Of a DNA stretch of 64,000 nt, positions 17,777 to 27,447 are shown piece by piece. This DNA is from an uncultured Candidatus Rokubacteria bacterium (GTDB taxonomy: Bacteria > Methylomirabilota > Methylomirabilia > Rokubacteriales > CSP1-6). Each line of letters opens with the position of its first letter. Within the stretch, counting starts at the first letter, position 1. Both the position numbers and the translations under genes were made by a program. The notes under the pieces were generated by a model. It did not search any database. It was not told the DNA's origin and worked only from the letters and a program-made list of their open reading frames with translations. Location of the stretch: positions 806,475-870,474 of the forward strand of contig CAVRLO010000024.1 of NCBI GenBank assembly GCA_963721815.1, written 5' to 3'.

Positions 17777-20138
17777 ATGGCCAATCCGGTGACCGTCGAG
17801 AAATTCGGAGTCGGGCAGTCCGTGCGTCGCATCGAAGACCCACGCTTGCTCCAGGGGTTCGGGCGCTACTCGGACGACGTGAACCTGCCCCAGCAGGCCT
17901 ACGCCGTGGTGGTCCGCTCTCCCCACGCGCACGCGGCCATCCGCTCGATCGACTCCTCCGCGGCCCGCAACGCGAGCGGCGTGCTCGCCGTGCTCACCGG
18001 CGCCGACCTGGCGTCCGACCGGCTCGGCGACTTGCCGACGGACAAGAGCCGCAAGCGGCGCGACGGGTCGGCGGCGTTCGCGACGCCTCGGCCGGCGCTG
18101 GTCCGGGATCGCGTCCGCCACGTGGGCGACCCGGTGGCGTTCGTCGTCGCCCAGACTATGGAGCAGGCGGTCGATGCGGCCGAGCGGGTCGCGATCGACT
18201 ACGAGCCGCTGCCGGCCGTCGCCGCGACGGCCGACGCGATCCGCCCGGGCGCGCCGGCGGTGTGGGCGGAGGTGCCGGACAACACCGCGTTCGTGTGGGA
18301 AGCGGGTAAGAAAGACGAGACGGCGCGCGCCATCGCCGGTGCCGCGCACGTCACCAAGCTGGATTTCGTCGTGACGCGCGTGGCCGCCGCGCCGATGGAG
18401 CCGCGCGGCGCGGTTGGCGAGTGGGATCGGCGCACCGGCCGTTACACCCTTCACACGGGCATCCAGGCGCCGCACGGCCTTCGTACCCTGCTCGCGGATC
18501 AGGTGTTCAAGGTGCCGCACAGCCATCTGCGGGTCGTCACCGGCGAAGTCGGCGGCAGCTTCGGCATGAAGAGCGGCGTCTATCCCGAGGTCGTGCTGGT
18601 GCTGTGGGCGGCCAAGCGACTGGGGCGGCCGGTCAAGTGGACCTCGGATCGCCGTGAAGGCTTCGTCACCGACGAGCACGGGCGCGACAACGTCTCCACG
18701 GCCGAGCTGGCGCTCGACGCCGACGGAAAGTTCCTGGCCTTGCGCGTGGCCATCAACCTGAACGTCGGCGCCTATCTCACGCCGCGCAGCGCCGGGCCGG
18801 GCACCAACAACGTCGGCGGCATCGCCGGGATCTACACGACGCCCGCGATCCACGTGCAGACGACCGGTGTGTTCTCGAATACGACGCCGACGGGGCCCTA
18901 TCGCGGCGCCGGCCGCCCCGAGGCGACGTACGCGATCGAGCGCGTCATCGACGTGGCGGCCATGGAGCTCAAGATCGACCCGATCGAGCTACGCCGTCGC
19001 AATCTGATCCCGGCCTCCGCGATGCCGTTCAAGACGGGGCTCGTCTTCACCTACGACTGCGGCGAGTTCGGGCGCGGGATGGACATGGCGTTGAGTCTGG
19101 CCGACCGCGCAGGCTTCGAGAAGCGGCGCGCCGAGGCCCGGCAGCGGGGCAAGCTGCGCGGCCTGGGCATCGCCAATCCGATCGAGGTCGCCGGCGGGCC
19201 GTACACCGCGATGAATCCGGATACCGCCGAGCTCAGGGTCAACGCCGACGGCTCGGTGTCTCTGTTCACCGGCTCGACGTCGATGGGGCAGGGCAACGAA
19301 ACGGCCTTCGCCCAGATCGTCAGCGAGAAGCTCGGCGTGCCGCCCGAGCGCATCCAGGTGTTCTGGGGCGACAGCGACTTGCTCGGCGCGGGCCGTGGCA
19401 ACGGCGGCTCGGGCGCGCTCACGGTGGGCGGCTCGGCCGTGACGCGGGCTACCGAGAAGATCATCGAGCGGGGACGCAAGATCGCAGCGCGGTTGCTCGA
19501 GGCCGCTCCGGAAGACGTGGTCCACCAGGATGGAAAGTTCACGGTGAAGGGCACGGACAAGGGCGTGACGTTCGCCAACGTCGCCCGCGCCGCGTACGTG
19601 CCGCGCCAGCTTCCCCAGGGGATGGAGCCTGGCTTCAGCGAAGAGGCCTCGTTCACGCCGTCGGCGGTGACGTTCCCCAACGGATCGCAGATCTGCGAGG
19701 TCGAGATCGATCAGGAGACCGGTGCGGTGCAAGGTCGTGCGCCACACCGTCGTCGATGACGTCGGGCGCATGGTGAACCCGATGCTCGTGAAGGGACAGA
19801 TCCACGGCGGCGTGGTCCAGGGGCTCGGCCAAGGGCTCTACGAAGAGCTCACGTACGAGCCGACGACCGGTCAGCTGCTCGCCGGCTCCTTCATGGACTA
19901 CGCGATGCCGCGCGCCGACGACATGCCCGCCTTCGACGTCGATTCCCACGAGGTGCCGACCGAGGTCAATCCGCTCGGCGCCAAGGGCGTCGGTGAAGCC
20001 GGAACGGTGGGTGCGCTGCCGGCGCTCCTGAACGCGGTCAACGATGCGCTGGCACCGCTCGGCGTCCGGCACCTCGACATGCCGGTGACGCCCGAGCGCG
20101 TCTGGCGCGCGATCCAGGACGGGAAAGCTCGCCGCTGA
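17777..20138 (+). CDS. xanthine dehydrogenase/CO dehydrogenase-family molybdopterin-binding large subunit (CoxL-like, AYRGAGR type), one frame break
   Basis: ORF 17777..19759 reads GQSVRRIEDPRLLQGFGRYSDD...GGSFGMK...TPTGPYRGAGRPEATYAIERVID...EVEIDQETGAV. It continues in ORF 19722..20138 with VVRHTVVDDVGRMVNPMLVKGQIHGGVVQGLGQGLYEE...NPLGAKGVGEAG. The shift lies near 19715-19730. Confidence 0.85.
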
Positions 20139-20154
20139 GCGGTCGGAGGGGCAT

Positions 20155-21645
20155 GTGGCGACGATCATTCGAGGCGGCCGCGTGCTCGACATTCGTGCCC
20201 ATCGCGCCGATGCCGCTGACATCCTGGTCACCGGCGACACCATCACCGAGATCGGCGCGCCGGGACTGCCGGCACCGCCGGACGCGGCCGTCCTCGACGC
20301 GCGGGGTACGCTCCTCCATCCCGGGCTGATCAACGCCCACACGCACGCCCACGGCAACCTCGCCAAGGGCATGGGCGATCGCTGGAGTCTCGAGCTCCTG
20401 CTGACCGCCGGGCCGTGGATCAGCGGCGGCCGCACGCTCGAGGACAAGCATCTCAGCGCCAAGCTCGGTGCCGCGGAGATGGTGCTGAAGGGCTGCACCG
20501 CTAGCTACGACCTGCCGCTGGAGTTTCCGGCGCCGACGCCCGAAGGGCTGGACGCGGTCGGCAGCGCCTACGCGGCGGTCGGCATGCGCGCGGTCGTGGC
20601 CCCGATGGTCGCCGACCGGAGCTTCTACGAGGCGATTCCCGGCCTGATGGCCGTCTTGCCGCCGGCGCTGCAACACGACGTCGAGAAGCTCCGCCCCGCG
20701 CCGTGGAAGACCAGTGTCGAGAACATGCAGCGAGCGCTCTCCGGGTGGAACCTCGACCGGGATCAGATCCGCCTGGCCGTCGCGCCGACGATCCCGCATC
20801 ACTGCTCGGACGAGTTCATCCGCGCGTGCGTGACGCTCGCCGCCGAGCACGGCGTCGGCTTGCACACCCACGTCGCCGAGTCCAAGGTGCAGGCGATCGT
20901 CGGGCTTCAGCGCTACGGCAAGACGCTCACCGCGCACCTCGACGACCTCGGCGTGGTCGGCGAGCGCTTCACCGTCGCCCACGGCGTGTGGCTCGACCAC
21001 GACGACATGCGGCGGCTGGGCGATCGCGGCGCCTCGGTCGCGCATAACCCCGGCAGCAACATGCGCCTGGGCAACGGTCTGGCAGACATGCGCGCGATGC
21101 TCGAGCGCCGCGTGAACGTCGGCATCGGCACCGACGGCGCCAACTGCTCGGACAACCTGAACATGTACGAGTCGATGCGCCTGGCTTCGTTCGCATCGAA
21201 GGCGCAGGGCCCCGACGTCGAGCGCTGGGTGACCACGGAGGAGGTCGCGCTGGCGGCGACGGAAGGGAGCGCGCGGGCGCTCGGATTCGACGGCGTGATC
21301 GGCCGGCTCGCCCCGGGCTACAAGGCGGACATCGTGTTTCTGGATCTGGGCCACGTCAACTGGATCCCGCTTAACGATCCGACCAATCAGCTCGTCCACA
21401 CCGAGGACGGCGGCGCCGTGACCCACGTGATGATCGGCGGCCGCATGGTCGTGCGCGATCGGCGCCTGACGACGATCGACGTGGGGGCGCTCGCCCGAGA
21501 GGCCGAGGCCGCGCGCGAGCGACTGGCGCGCCTCAACGCGCCGGGCAAGGAGCTCTACGAACGGCTGGCGGCCGTGGTCAGCCGGTTCTGCCCCGGTCTC
21601 GCCCACGTTCCGTATCACGTCACCCGCTACGTCGGCGGCGCCTGA
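20155..21645 (+). CDS. amidohydrolase family protein (aminohydrolase/deaminase/chlorohydrolase-like)
   Basis: Intact 496-aa ORF. The metal-ligand pattern is LINAHTHAHGNL, LHTHVAES, VAHGVWL, VAHNPGSNMRLGNG and GIGTDGANCSD. It starts 17 nt after the molybdoenzyme gene. Confidence 0.8.
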   Translation: MATIIRGGRVLDIRAHRADAADILVTGDTITEIGAPGLPAPPDAAVLDARGTLLHPGLINAHTHAHGNLAKGMGDRWSLELLLTAGPWISGGRTLEDKHLSAKLGAAEMVLKGCTASYDLPLEFPAPTPEGLDAVGSAYAAVGMRAVVAPMVADRSFYEAIPGLMAVLPPALQHDVEKLRPAPWKTSVENMQRALSGWNLDRDQIRLAVAPTIPHHCSDEFIRACVTLAAEHGVGLHTHVAESKVQAIVGLQRYGKTLTAHLDDLGVVGERFTVAHGVWLDHDDMRRLGDRGASVAHNPGSNMRLGNGLADMRAMLERRVNVGIGTDGANCSDNLNMYESMRLASFASKAQGPDVERWVTTEEVALAATEGSARALGFDGVIGRLAPGYKADIVFLDLGHVNWIPLNDPTNQLVHTEDGGAVTHVMIGGRMVVRDRRLTTIDVGALAREAEAARERLARLNAPGKELYERLAAVVSRFCPGLAHVPYHVTRYVGGA

Positions 21646-21650
21646 CCCGC

Positions 21651-21670
21651 GCACGCGAGGGATCGCGTGC
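21651..21670 (+). terminator. GC-rich hairpin directly after the amidohydrolase stop (no U-tract)
   Basis: gcacgcga-ggga-tcgcgtgc forms a perfect 8-bp stem with a 4-nt loop. It begins 6 nt after the stop at 21643-21645. Confidence 0.35.
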
Positions 21671-21772
21671 CGGCGGAGTGCTCAGTCCAGGAAGCGCTCA
21701 CGAATCTTCCGGCGCATCAGTTGCGGGGTGACGGCAGCGACGTCCTGGGGCGTCCGGCAGCACGGGATTCCA

Positions 21773-22030
21773 ATGCCTCAAGATGGTACCCAGGCACGAC
21801 GACGCCGAACGCTCGTTACGCTTGAGGACCGTGAGGCTTACCGAATCGAACTCGTACGGCGTCGGCTGCCGAGGAGAGGAGGCATGGCACTTCTTTACTG
21901 TTGCCCGTGGTGCCGAAAGCGCCGTCGCCACCTCTACCGCCTGACGTGTCCGGCAACAAACTGTCCAAGCGTCACGGCCTATGGTGCCAGCAATGTCCCC
22001 ATGATCGCCGGACACGAGACGGCCAGCGCC
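21773..22030 (+). pseudogene. degenerate zinc-ribbon hypothetical gene (frame-broken)
   Basis: The sequence reads MPQDGTQARRRRTLVTLEDREAYRIELVRRRLPRRGGMALLYCCPWCRKRRRHLYRL, then continues in another frame with ...SGNKLSKRHGLWCQQC.... The CxxC...CxxC arrangement resembles small zinc-ribbon proteins often found near mobile DNA. The end point is uncertain. Confidence 0.3.
21775..21878 (+). repeat. about 104-nt segment paralogous to 31681-31785 (inverted orientation)
   Basis: By hand alignment, gcctcaagatgg...acgcttgaggac...ccgaatcga.ctcgt.cg.cgtc.gctgccgaggagag is shared with the reverse complement of 31681-31785. Identity by eye is about 84% over the last 49 nt and lower in the first part. The encoded peptide VTLEDrEayRIeLVRRrLPRR compares with VTLEDsEvsRIdLVRRpLPRR. 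Confidence 0.6.
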
Positions 22031-22205
22031 GGCGCGGCGGTCTTCTGCGGACGCGAGATCACCGACGTGCGTCCGGCTGGTCGAGACGGTCGTCCGGGTT
22101 GCGCGGGCGACCTCGAAGGTGGGGGGCTACGGGTTTCCGCTGCCGAAGACCGTCCCGGGCTTCTCGCCGGGCGACACGGAGCCACGGTCGGCGTCGGGGC
22201 GCCGC

Positions 22206-23924
22206 TCAGGGGAAACGTCGCTCCAGATGCTCGAGGACGAGCGCGCTGAGCTGGCGCCGATCACGCGTTTGCGAGAACGCGTGATCGGCGCCCTTCACGA
22301 TCTCTACCCGGAATCCGGGCCGGCGGCGCAGCGCGGTCCCGCGTCTCCCCAGCTGGGCCTCCAGCTCCTCGATGCCGTCGTCGCCCTCGCCGAACACGAT
22401 CAGCAGTTCCGCTCCTCGCGCCAGCGGCGCCTCGAGCGCCACGCTCAGGGGGAGCGCGCTCGGGTCGGCCGGCAGCTGACGGAATGCGCTCAGCCAGGCC
22501 ACGCGGGCCGCCCGGCGGAAGAGCCCTGTCGCCACTCCCACGATGTCGATCTCGCCGCGGGCGATACGCTGCCAGGTGTCGCGCCGGCGCAGGGCCTGGC
22601 GGCTATAGCGCATGGTGCCTGCGAGCGCACGCACTTCCCGATCCCGCACTCCCGCCCGACGAACCGGGATCCTCGGGTTGATCAGGACCGCCCCGATCAC
22701 CCGCGCGTCGCACCACGAGGCCTGCACGGCGACGTGCGCGCCCGAGCACAGCCCCATGAGCACGAAGCGCGAGGCCACACCTCTGGACTCGAGGAAGTCC
22801 AGCGCCGCCCGCACGTCCTGCTGGCGAGCGTTCCAGTCGATCTGTTCCCAGGTGCGGTCCCCGAATTTCGCGGAATCACCCACGTCAATGAAGTCGAAGC
22901 GCAGCGCGGGGAATCCCCGGCCCGCCACGGCCCGCGCCAGCGGCACGTACATGCGGTGCGGCCCGACGCGATGGTCGAACGCAGCATTGAGAAAGAGGAC
23001 GGCCGGTCCGGTTGACCTCTCCCGCGCCGGGCGGCTGAGGATCCCGAACAGCGCGCCGTCGGGTCCGAATCGACAGATCTCTTCGTCCACGTCGAGACCG
23101 CCGAGTGTCGTGGTCGCTCGGCACGGGCGGGTGGGTGACGGCGCGACGTCGGTCGCGTGAGTGGTCGACATCCACCGCACGATCTCCTCGATCACGGCAG
23201 TGGGGACGACGGGCCTGATCCCATCGTGGCTCATCGAACCGTAGATGTCGCCGGCGGTCGAGTCGACACGGACGCCGGAGGCCTTCCATCGTCGCCCCAG
23301 CGTCCACATCGACGACTGCTGGTTTCGGTGAAGCAGCAGGATGCGAGGACAGGGGGCCGGAAGCGTGGACAGATCCAGGGTGAGCAGCGATTGCACGGTG
23401 GAGGCAGTGAAGAGAAAGCCGCCCGCCTCTTCGGCTCCCGGCGGCAGGTGATCGCGGTTCGGGTTCAGCGCGTGATATGCGCGCAGCGCCCGGACGTACT
23501 GGCGGCCTTCCAGCGTCGGCGCCCACAGGGCCAGGCTGGCGATGTCACGGCGGGCCGCGGCGGCGTACGCGGCCAGCGTGGCACCGATGCTCAGGCCGAA
23601 GAGGCCGACCTCGCTCACGCGGGATTGCGTGCGCAGCTCCTCGACCGCCGTGTCGATGCTCACCAGCCAGGCCTGCAGCCGGTCGGGATCCTCGTCGGTA
23701 CCGAGCGAGTCTCCGGTGCCATCGTAGTCGAACCGCAAGACGGCAAAGCCTGCTCGACTCAGCGCGTCGGCGAGCGCGCGATACGTACCGTGGGTGACGA
23801 GGCCCTCCCAGCCGAGCGGATTGCACAGTACCACGCCGCAGGAGCGCGGGGCCCCCGCGGGAGCGTGGTAGTGGCCGAACAACCGACGGTCGACCGGACC
23901 GAACGCCAGCGAAACCATCGACAT
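22206..23924 (-). CDS. fusion of two alpha/beta-hydrolase domains resembling exosortase-A-system-associated hydrolase 2 (N-terminal) and hydrolase 1 (C-terminal)
   Basis: Intact from M67 of ORF 22206..24122. The N-terminal half reads LFGHYHAPAG...VVLCNPLGWEG...LRFDYDGTGDSLG...VGLFGLSIGATLAAYAA...LALWAP. The C-terminal half reads LFGILSRPA...AVLFLNAAFDHRVGPHRMYVPLARAVAGRGFPALRFDFIDVGDS...FVLMGLCSGAHVAVQ...VLINPRI. Family names are recalled from TIGRFAMs-type annotation and were not searched. Confidence 0.65.
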   Translation of the reverse strand: MSMVSLAFGPVDRRLFGHYHAPAGAPRSCGVVLCNPLGWEGLVTHGTYRALADALSRAGFAVLRFDYDGTGDSLGTDEDPDRLQAWLVSIDTAVEELRTQSRVSEVGLFGLSIGATLAAYAAAARRDIASLALWAPTLEGRQYVRALRAYHALNPNRDHLPPGAEEAGGFLFTASTVQSLLTLDLSTLPAPCPRILLLHRNQQSSMWTLGRRWKASGVRVDSTAGDIYGSMSHDGIRPVVPTAVIEEIVRWMSTTHATDVAPSPTRPCRATTTLGGLDVDEEICRFGPDGALFGILSRPARERSTGPAVLFLNAAFDHRVGPHRMYVPLARAVAGRGFPALRFDFIDVGDSAKFGDRTWEQIDWNARQQDVRAALDFLESRGVASRFVLMGLCSGAHVAVQASWCDARVIGAVLINPRIPVRRAGVRDREVRALAGTMRYSRQALRRRDTWQRIARGEIDIVGVATGLFRRAARVAWLSAFRQLPADPSALPLSVALEAPLARGAELLIVFGEGDDGIEELEAQLGRRGTALRRRPGFRVEIVKGADHAFSQTRDRRQLSALVLEHLERRFP

Positions 23925-23953
23925 CCCGATCGGCTGGTCGGCCCTCGCAGCGC

Positions 23954-26473
23954 TCACGTTGCCGTCTCGCCCTCGTGCACTAACCCCGTCAGGTCGAGCT
24001 TGACCGGTGTCGTCGAGTTGAGCGCACGGACCTGGCCTCCAAGCCGGTCCGGCCGACCGCGGGCGGCGAGCGGCACCGTGACCTCCATTCCGGGGGCCAG
24101 GTGAAAATAGTTGTCCGCGCACTCGAACCCGGGTATGTCCAGGACGACCGACTGGGCGAAGCGGCGGGCGCGCAGTGTGACACGGGCGCTGGTGGCGGAT
24201 TCTCGCTGGGCGACGGCCTGCAGGCCGACGTCGGGGTCGATCTCGTTGGGCAAGCCGAGCGGAAAGTGGAAGGCGCTGGCCAGGCGGTGCCCGCCGGGGC
24301 GCTCGACGAGCTCGACGACGCTCACCTCATGGCTCGGGGGCCCGAAGCGATAGGCGTACGTCGTGTCCGCGAAGCGGCCGAGCATGCCCTCGACCGAATG
24401 GGCCACGGCCTCGTGTCCCGGGAGGAACAACGGGATCGTGGCGGACAACACCGGGACGTCCCCATCTCGCCAGGCGGTAAACCGGATCTCCGCGTCGAGC
24501 GCGCACTCGCTGTCGTTGACGGCGTGGACGACAAGGCCGTTGAGACCTTCGTCGAGGAGGAACACGGCCACGGGGGCGAGCGCGCGTTTCAGGTAATAGT
24601 AGGCGGCCTTGGGTCTACCGTCCGAATCGATGACACCCCAGCCGGCCCCCGGCCAGAGATCGCGGAAGAACCACACCAGGCCGCCCCGACACGACGAGCC
24701 GACGCGGCGCCATTCGGCAAACGTGCTCGCCATCAGCTCCCCCGTGGCGACGCGGCCGAGTTCCAGGTAGCGAGCCGGATCGCGATGCTGCAGCGTCAAC
24801 GGGTCGACCCGGAACAGCTGCTGGACATAGTGGTCGCGGACGTCCTCGAAATCCCAGCTCGCGCCAGCGTCGCGGGGCACCCGTTCCTTCCAGATGGGTC
24901 GGTGGATCGGCGCTGGAACGGGACCGAGGATCTTGTGGATCATCGTGTCGTCGGGGACGTTGGCGAAGGCGAGGCACTCGGACGCGAACCGCACGTGTGA
25001 GCGACGCGCGTCGTCGGGGCCGCGTCGGTACGCGCCGACGCCGTAGTAGTGACAGATGCCGGTGTCGACGTGGAACGGCAAGACACCACCGCTCGGCGTG
25101 GAGGCCACGTAAGGAATCTCGGGCACCCGAGCCCGACACAGGGCGGGGAGCACGTCCTCGAAGAGCGTGCCGCGCCCACGGCTGGCCGGCAGGCCGAGCA
25201 TCGCCGCCTGTTGCTCGACCTCGCTGTTGCCGCACAGCACCGCGAGAGACGGCCGAGCCGCGAGCCGGTCGAGCAGCTGATTTGCCTCCCGACAGATGTC
25301 CGCGGTGAAGGCGGGGTCGTCGCCGGGGTAGTCCATGCTGGCGAACATGAAGTCTTGCCAGACGAGGATTCCCAGCTCGTCGCAGAGATCGTAGAAGTCG
25401 TCCGCCTCGTAGAACATCGTGCCGCTCACGCGGAGCAGGTTCATTCCGGCCGCGCGGGCCGCCTCCAGCGCTCGTCGGTACGCTTCCCGGCTTCCCGTGA
25501 GCGTCGCCACGTCCGTGGTCGTCCAGCATGCCCCTCGCGCGAAGATGGGCACGTCATTGACCCGCAGCTCGAAGCCGCCGTGGTCGGTCGAGGTGGCCAG
25601 GGTCCGGAACCCGACGGCGCCGGCGCCCAGCACCACCTCCGCGCCGGCCACCTGCGCGGTCACCCGGGTCGGATACAGGCGCGGAAGTCCGTGGGTGTGT
25701 GGCCACCAGCTCTCGACCGAATCGAGCCGCACCGCGCCGCCGAGCTCGAGGCGCCCGCCCGGGACCGGACGGGTCTGGAGCCGCGCCGTCCGGTCCCCGA
25801 CCATGACCATCGCCGTGTCGATGGCCTGCCCCTCGAAGGGAGCAAGACGAGCGAGGACGCTGACCACGCCGGCGCCGCCGGCAACGCGCGCGTCGACGTG
25901 CAGCGCCTCGACCGTGCCGCCCACACGGTCATCGATCCACACCGGCCGCCAGGGTCCGACCGCGACGGCCGGTGGTGACCAGCCTGGCGTGCGGCCCAGC
26001 AGGGAGGTGCGAATCCAGCGCAGCCCCTGATGCCGGACCAGGCGCGTCTTCCAGCGCGGGCGCGAGCGCTTCTCCTGCAGTACCGCGTCGAGGGATGCGA
26101 ATCGGATCAGCAGCTCGTTGTCCCGCTCGAGCTGGCGGCTCACGTCGACCTCGTGCCCCACGAACATGCTGGTCGAGCGCAGCAGATGATGGCCGTTGAG
26201 CCACACGTCGGCCACGGTGGCCAGGCCGGCGAATCCCAGAAAGACGTGGTGACCGGGCGCCGGCGCCGGACCTGAAAACCTGCAGCGATACCACCAGTCC
26301 TCGGCGTCGAAATCCCGCCGACTCGACAGATCCCACTCGCCGGCCGCTCGCAGCGCGGAGGCCACGGTGCCAGGGACGATCGCGGGCCGCCACGACGGTG
26401 CGGGAGGAGCGGCCGTCGAACCGGGAACGGCCGGCGCGCATTCCCAGTGTGCGGTGAGCAGTCGCCGGCTCAC
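23954..26473 (-). CDS. glycoside hydrolase family 2-like protein (beta-mannosidase/exo-glucosaminidase-like), no signal peptide
   Basis: Intact. A GTG start at 26473 overlaps the stop of the upstream gene (GTGA). The sequence includes EDWWYRCRF, VADVWLNGHHL, ESWWPHTHGLPRLY, NLLRVSGTMFYEADDFYDLCDELGILVWQDF, LCGNSEVE (candidate acid/base) and RFASECLAFANVP (candidate nucleophile). Confidence 0.7.
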   Translation of the reverse strand: MSRRLLTAHWECAPAVPGSTAAPPAPSWRPAIVPGTVASALRAAGEWDLSSRRDFDAEDWWYRCRFSGPAPAPGHHVFLGFAGLATVADVWLNGHHLLRSTSMFVGHEVDVSRQLERDNELLIRFASLDAVLQEKRSRPRWKTRLVRHQGLRWIRTSLLGRTPGWSPPAVAVGPWRPVWIDDRVGGTVEALHVDARVAGGAGVVSVLARLAPFEGQAIDTAMVMVGDRTARLQTRPVPGGRLELGGAVRLDSVESWWPHTHGLPRLYPTRVTAQVAGAEVVLGAGAVGFRTLATSTDHGGFELRVNDVPIFARGACWTTTDVATLTGSREAYRRALEAARAAGMNLLRVSGTMFYEADDFYDLCDELGILVWQDFMFASMDYPGDDPAFTADICREANQLLDRLAARPSLAVLCGNSEVEQQAAMLGLPASRGRGTLFEDVLPALCRARVPEIPYVASTPSGGVLPFHVDTGICHYYGVGAYRRGPDDARRSHVRFASECLAFANVPDDTMIHKILGPVPAPIHRPIWKERVPRDAGASWDFEDVRDHYVQQLFRVDPLTLQHRDPARYLELGRVATGELMASTFAEWRRVGSSCRGGLVWFFRDLWPGAGWGVIDSDGRPKAAYYYLKRALAPVAVFLLDEGLNGLVVHAVNDSECALDAEIRFTAWRDGDVPVLSATIPLFLPGHEAVAHSVEGMLGRFADTTYAYRFGPPSHEVSVVELVERPGGHRLASAFHFPLGLPNEIDPDVGLQAVAQRESATSARVTLRARRFAQSVVLDIPGFECADNYFHLAPGMEVTVPLAARGRPDRLGGQVRALNSTTPVKLDLTGLVHEGETAT

Positions 26474-27447
26474 GAACCATACCGGGCGGTCAGCTGTGTG
26501 AGTCCTCGTTCCCAGTTCGCTTGCATGGTCGACAACATCGGCCCGAAGTCCACCGCCCTGTTCGTCGTGACCGCGCGGGCGGTCTTGAGCAGCATGGCCT
26601 TGGCGGTGACCGCGATCGCCTCGAACTCGGCCGCGGCCGCGCCGAGGCCGCTCTCGCCATGACGCTCGAGCCATCGAAGGTGCTGGGCGGCCAGCTCGAA
26701 GGCCCCTCCGAGCTGGCGCAACATAGCGAACGCATACCCATGGTAGGCGCCCGGCTCGAGCCGCAGACACGCTACGTCCTCGTGAACACGCTCGGCGAAT
26801 TTCGCGATGGGATTCGCTCGGGGCACGCGCGAGAGATGACCGGCCAGGAGCGCGAGCGAGGTCTTGACCAGCATGGGATCGGGTAGTCGTCGCCGGCTGC
26901 CCAGCTTGACGATCTCGACATAGGGCGGCAAGCCACTAGCGGACGGGTCGAGGGGCGGGAGGATACCGGTGTACTCCTCGCCGCCGAGCTCGAAGTAGCC
27001 GGCATTGTGGAAGTAGCCGAGCCGACGGGCATCGGGATCGATCGCCACGATGCCAATCGTGGTCTTGGCGTGCCGGGTTCGATAGTCGGTGCCGGCGGTG
27101 TCGGGGAGATGGAAGCTGTCCACCTCCACCAGCACCACCCGACCGTGCTGGATCTGCTCTATCGTGTGCGCCTGCAGGGAGCGCCAGATGGTCAACTCCT
27201 GCACGTCCACGCCATAGAGCTGGTACAGGTCGGCGTGCGAGGGCTTGAAGAACGTCCATTGATCACCCTCGAAATCGACGGCCACCGTGAAACCCAGGCA
27301 CGCCATAGGCTCGAGCTCGAGGGTGTGGAGCAGCTCGATCCACAAATCTGCGTAGCAGTTGGTCTCGGTCCAGGTTCGCTCGCCCTGGTGCAGCCCGTGG
27401 GGCGTCCAGGGGCGAGAATCGAGCGGGGCGACGGCGTGGTACTTCAC
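26470..27447 (-). CDS. DUF1839-like protein of unknown function
   Basis: Intact 325-aa ORF: MKYHAVAPLDSRPWTPHGLHQGERTWTETNCYADLWIELLHTLELEP.... I recall this type of protein being annotated DUF1839 next to amino acid:[carrier protein] ligase genes. An ATGA overlap links it to the ligase gene. Confidence 0.5.
   Translation of the reverse strand: MKYHAVAPLDSRPWTPHGLHQGERTWTETNCYADLWIELLHTLELEPMACLGFTVAVDFEGDQWTFFKPSHADLYQLYGVDVQELTIWRSLQAHTIEQIQHGRVVLVEVDSFHLPDTAGTDYRTRHAKTTIGIVAIDPDARRLGYFHNAGYFELGGEEYTGILPPLDPSASGLPPYVEIVKLGSRRRLPDPMLVKTSLALLAGHLSRVPRANPIAKFAERVHEDVACLRLEPGAYHGYAFAMLRQLGGAFELAAQHLRWLERHGESGLGAAAAEFEAIAVTAKAMLLKTARAVTTNRAVDFGPMLSTMQANWERGLTQLTARYGS

Noticed and set aside
20038-21654. 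A 538-aa minus-strand ORF.
   Set aside because: It is antisense to the intact amidohydrolase gene (20155-21645), which has full metal-ligand motifs. The translation is low-complexity and Arg/Asp/His-rich.
21682-21775. A minus-strand C-terminal-looking peptide ...QDVAAVTPQLMRRKIRERFLD* at the left island edge.
   Set aside because: Only about 30 codons are open in that frame, no family is recognised, and it overlaps the plus-strand zinc-ribbon remnant. The evidence is insufficient.
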